DNA of 63,591 nt, filler included, from Octopus bimaculoides (taxonomy: Eukaryota), in NCBI RefSeq assembly GCF_001194135.2. It is 4 parts of 4 records of this genome, joined end to end, with 100 filler letters (N's around TTAATTAATTAA, not from the genome) between each part and the next. Parts side by side here need not be neighbours in the genome. Positions count along the whole stretch, not along the records: positions 61,357 to 63,591 come from NW_026387080.1; 3 more parts are not named here. The stretch is one strand, 5' to 3'. Of this stretch, positions 61,791 to 63,591 are shown piece by piece. Position 1 is the stretch's first letter. The number at the start of each line of letters is the position of its first letter. Position numbers and translations under genes: made by a program. The notes beneath the pieces were generated by a model. That model saw only the letters and a program-made list of their open reading frames with translations, searched no databases and was not told the DNA's origin.

Positions 61791-63364
61791 TCCGCTGCAT
61801 CGGAAATCTGCAATGGCTCCATAACTGACGTCTCGGGTATAACCTTGGAGCCTTGGTAATCCATTACAGCACTTACCTAGCGTACCTAATCGTTTAAATC
61901 CCCTGTGAACTAAACCTCCATACTTTGTTTATATATATATATATATATATATNNNNNNNNNNNNNNNNNNNNNNNNNNNNNNNNNNNNNNNNNNNNNNNN
62001 NNNNNNNNNNNNNNNNNNNNNNNNNNNNNNNNNNNNNNNNNNNNNNNNNNNNNNNNNNNNNNNNNNNNNNNNNNNNNNNNNNNNNNNNNNNNNNNNNNNN
62101 NNNNNNNNNNNNNNNNNNNNNNNNNNNNNNNNNNNNNNNNNNNNNNNNNNNNNNNNNNNNNNNNNNNNNNNNNNNNNNNNNNNNNNNNNNNNNNNNNNNN
62201 NNNNNNNNNNNNNNNNNNNNNNNNNNNNNNNNNNNNNNNNNNNNNNNNNNNNNNNNNNNNNNNNNNNNNNNNNNNNNNNNNNNNNNNNNNNNNNNNNNNN
62301 NNNNNNNNNNNNNNNNNNNNNNNNNNNNNNNNNNNNNNNNNNNNNNNNNNNNNNNNNNNNNNNNNNNNNNNNNNNNNNNNNNNNNNNNNNNNNNNNNNNN
62401 NNNNNNNNNNNNNNNNNNNNNNNNNNNNNNNNNNNNNNNNNNNNNNNNNNNNNNNNNNNNNNNNNNNNNNNNNNNNNNNNNNNNNNNNNNNNNNNNNNNN
62501 NNNNNNNNNNNNNNNNNNNNNNNNNNNNNNNNNNNNNNNNNNNNNNNNNNNNNNNNNNNNNNNNNNNNNNNNNNNNNNNNNNNNNNNNNNNNNNNNNNNN
62601 NNNNNNNNNNNNNNNNNNNNNNNNNNNNNNNNNNNNNNNNNNNNNNNNNNACACTTACATAAATGTATACAAACATATTTACAAAGACACACGTGTGTAT
62701 GTGCGCGCGCAATACCAGAAGTTGACATTGAGGAACCTTTTTAAAGAAGTGAATCATAAATATAAAGCAATATTATTTATTTTTAATTAACAAAATCAAA
62801 TGAAGAGCCTAAGATTTATTCGAGGTCAAATTATTCATGCATCACAAGTATAGAAGTAAATGGTGAAGCCGTTTTCACGTGATAAGCGATTACACACACA
62901 TCTCTGTTTTATATATATATATAATGTATGTATATAAACGTGTATGTGCTTCATTGTGTTTGCGCTCGTCTTTGACCACTTAACAACCTGTGTAGATTCG
63001 TTTACGTTCCTCTAAGTAATCTAGAGGTTTGATCAAAAAGAGATCGATAGACAGTGCATCAAATATAAAATCAGTACTGGGGTCGATTTGATCGGTTCTT
63101 CAACGCAGTGCTCCAGTCTGGCCGCAACCCAGTGACTAAAGAGTTAAAAAGCTACAAGAATATGTAGTGTGTAGGCTGAGTTTGAAATGTGACCAGGGTG
63201 TGTATCTGTATGTGTGCATTTGCATAGGATGTGTATTTGGGATATGTAGAATGTACTTTCTATAAGTGGAAGTTTCTTCCAGTGTGCACAGAACCAAATT
63301 TGTAGGCCCCTGGGTCACAATCACTAAATTTTGAACAACTTTACCCGTAATTGTTGCGGCCCTT

Positions 63365-63591
63365 CTGAGGCAGCGAGCTGGCAGAAGCGTTAACACGCCG
63401 GGCAAAATGCTTAGCGTATTTCGTCCGTCATTACGTTCTGAGTTCAAATTCCGCCTTAAATAGTCCTGTGCGGTAAGAAGCTTGCATCCCGACCACATGG
63501 TTCCCAATTCAGTCTCACTGCGTGGTACTATAGTCTCGGGGCGACCAAAGCCTTTTGAGTGGATTTGATAGACGGAAACTAAAAGAAGTCC
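63365..63591 (+). mobile_element. SINE-A head followed by SINE-B head
   Basis: AGGCAGCGAGCTGGCAGAAGCG...GAGTTCAAATTCCGCC, then GGTAAGAAGCTTGCATCCCGACCACATGG... Confidence 0.8.

Overview
AT-rich animal DNA with about 3.5 kb of N gaps and no recognisable intact host gene. The tRNA-derived SINE families, RTE-type (GAT)n tails and dense microsatellites point to a coleoid cephalopod, most likely Octopus (inference). The window is mostly layered transposon relics: Tc1/mariner elements with DD34D, DD36E, DD37D and probable DD41D triads, two decayed hAT transposases missed by the ORF track, a Ty3/gypsy pol remnant with a tRNA-Trp-like PBS, RTE LINE fragments, a Penelope RT fragment, Helitron-like elements, three kinds of MITE and many modular SINEs. 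The largest-scale signal is a 22.6-kb block (38644-61256), bounded by two linker-type assembly gaps, in which CpG is nearly absent and old repeats show CG>TG/CA decay, whereas the same repeat families outside keep their CpGs. This suggests a germline-methylated domain such as a large intron. Most ORFs in the supplied track are microsatellite, gap or antisense-repeat artefacts. No rRNA, tRNA gene or CRISPR array was found. I did not find a convincing new protein-coding system; the most novel-looking items are repeat architectures and the CpG domain.
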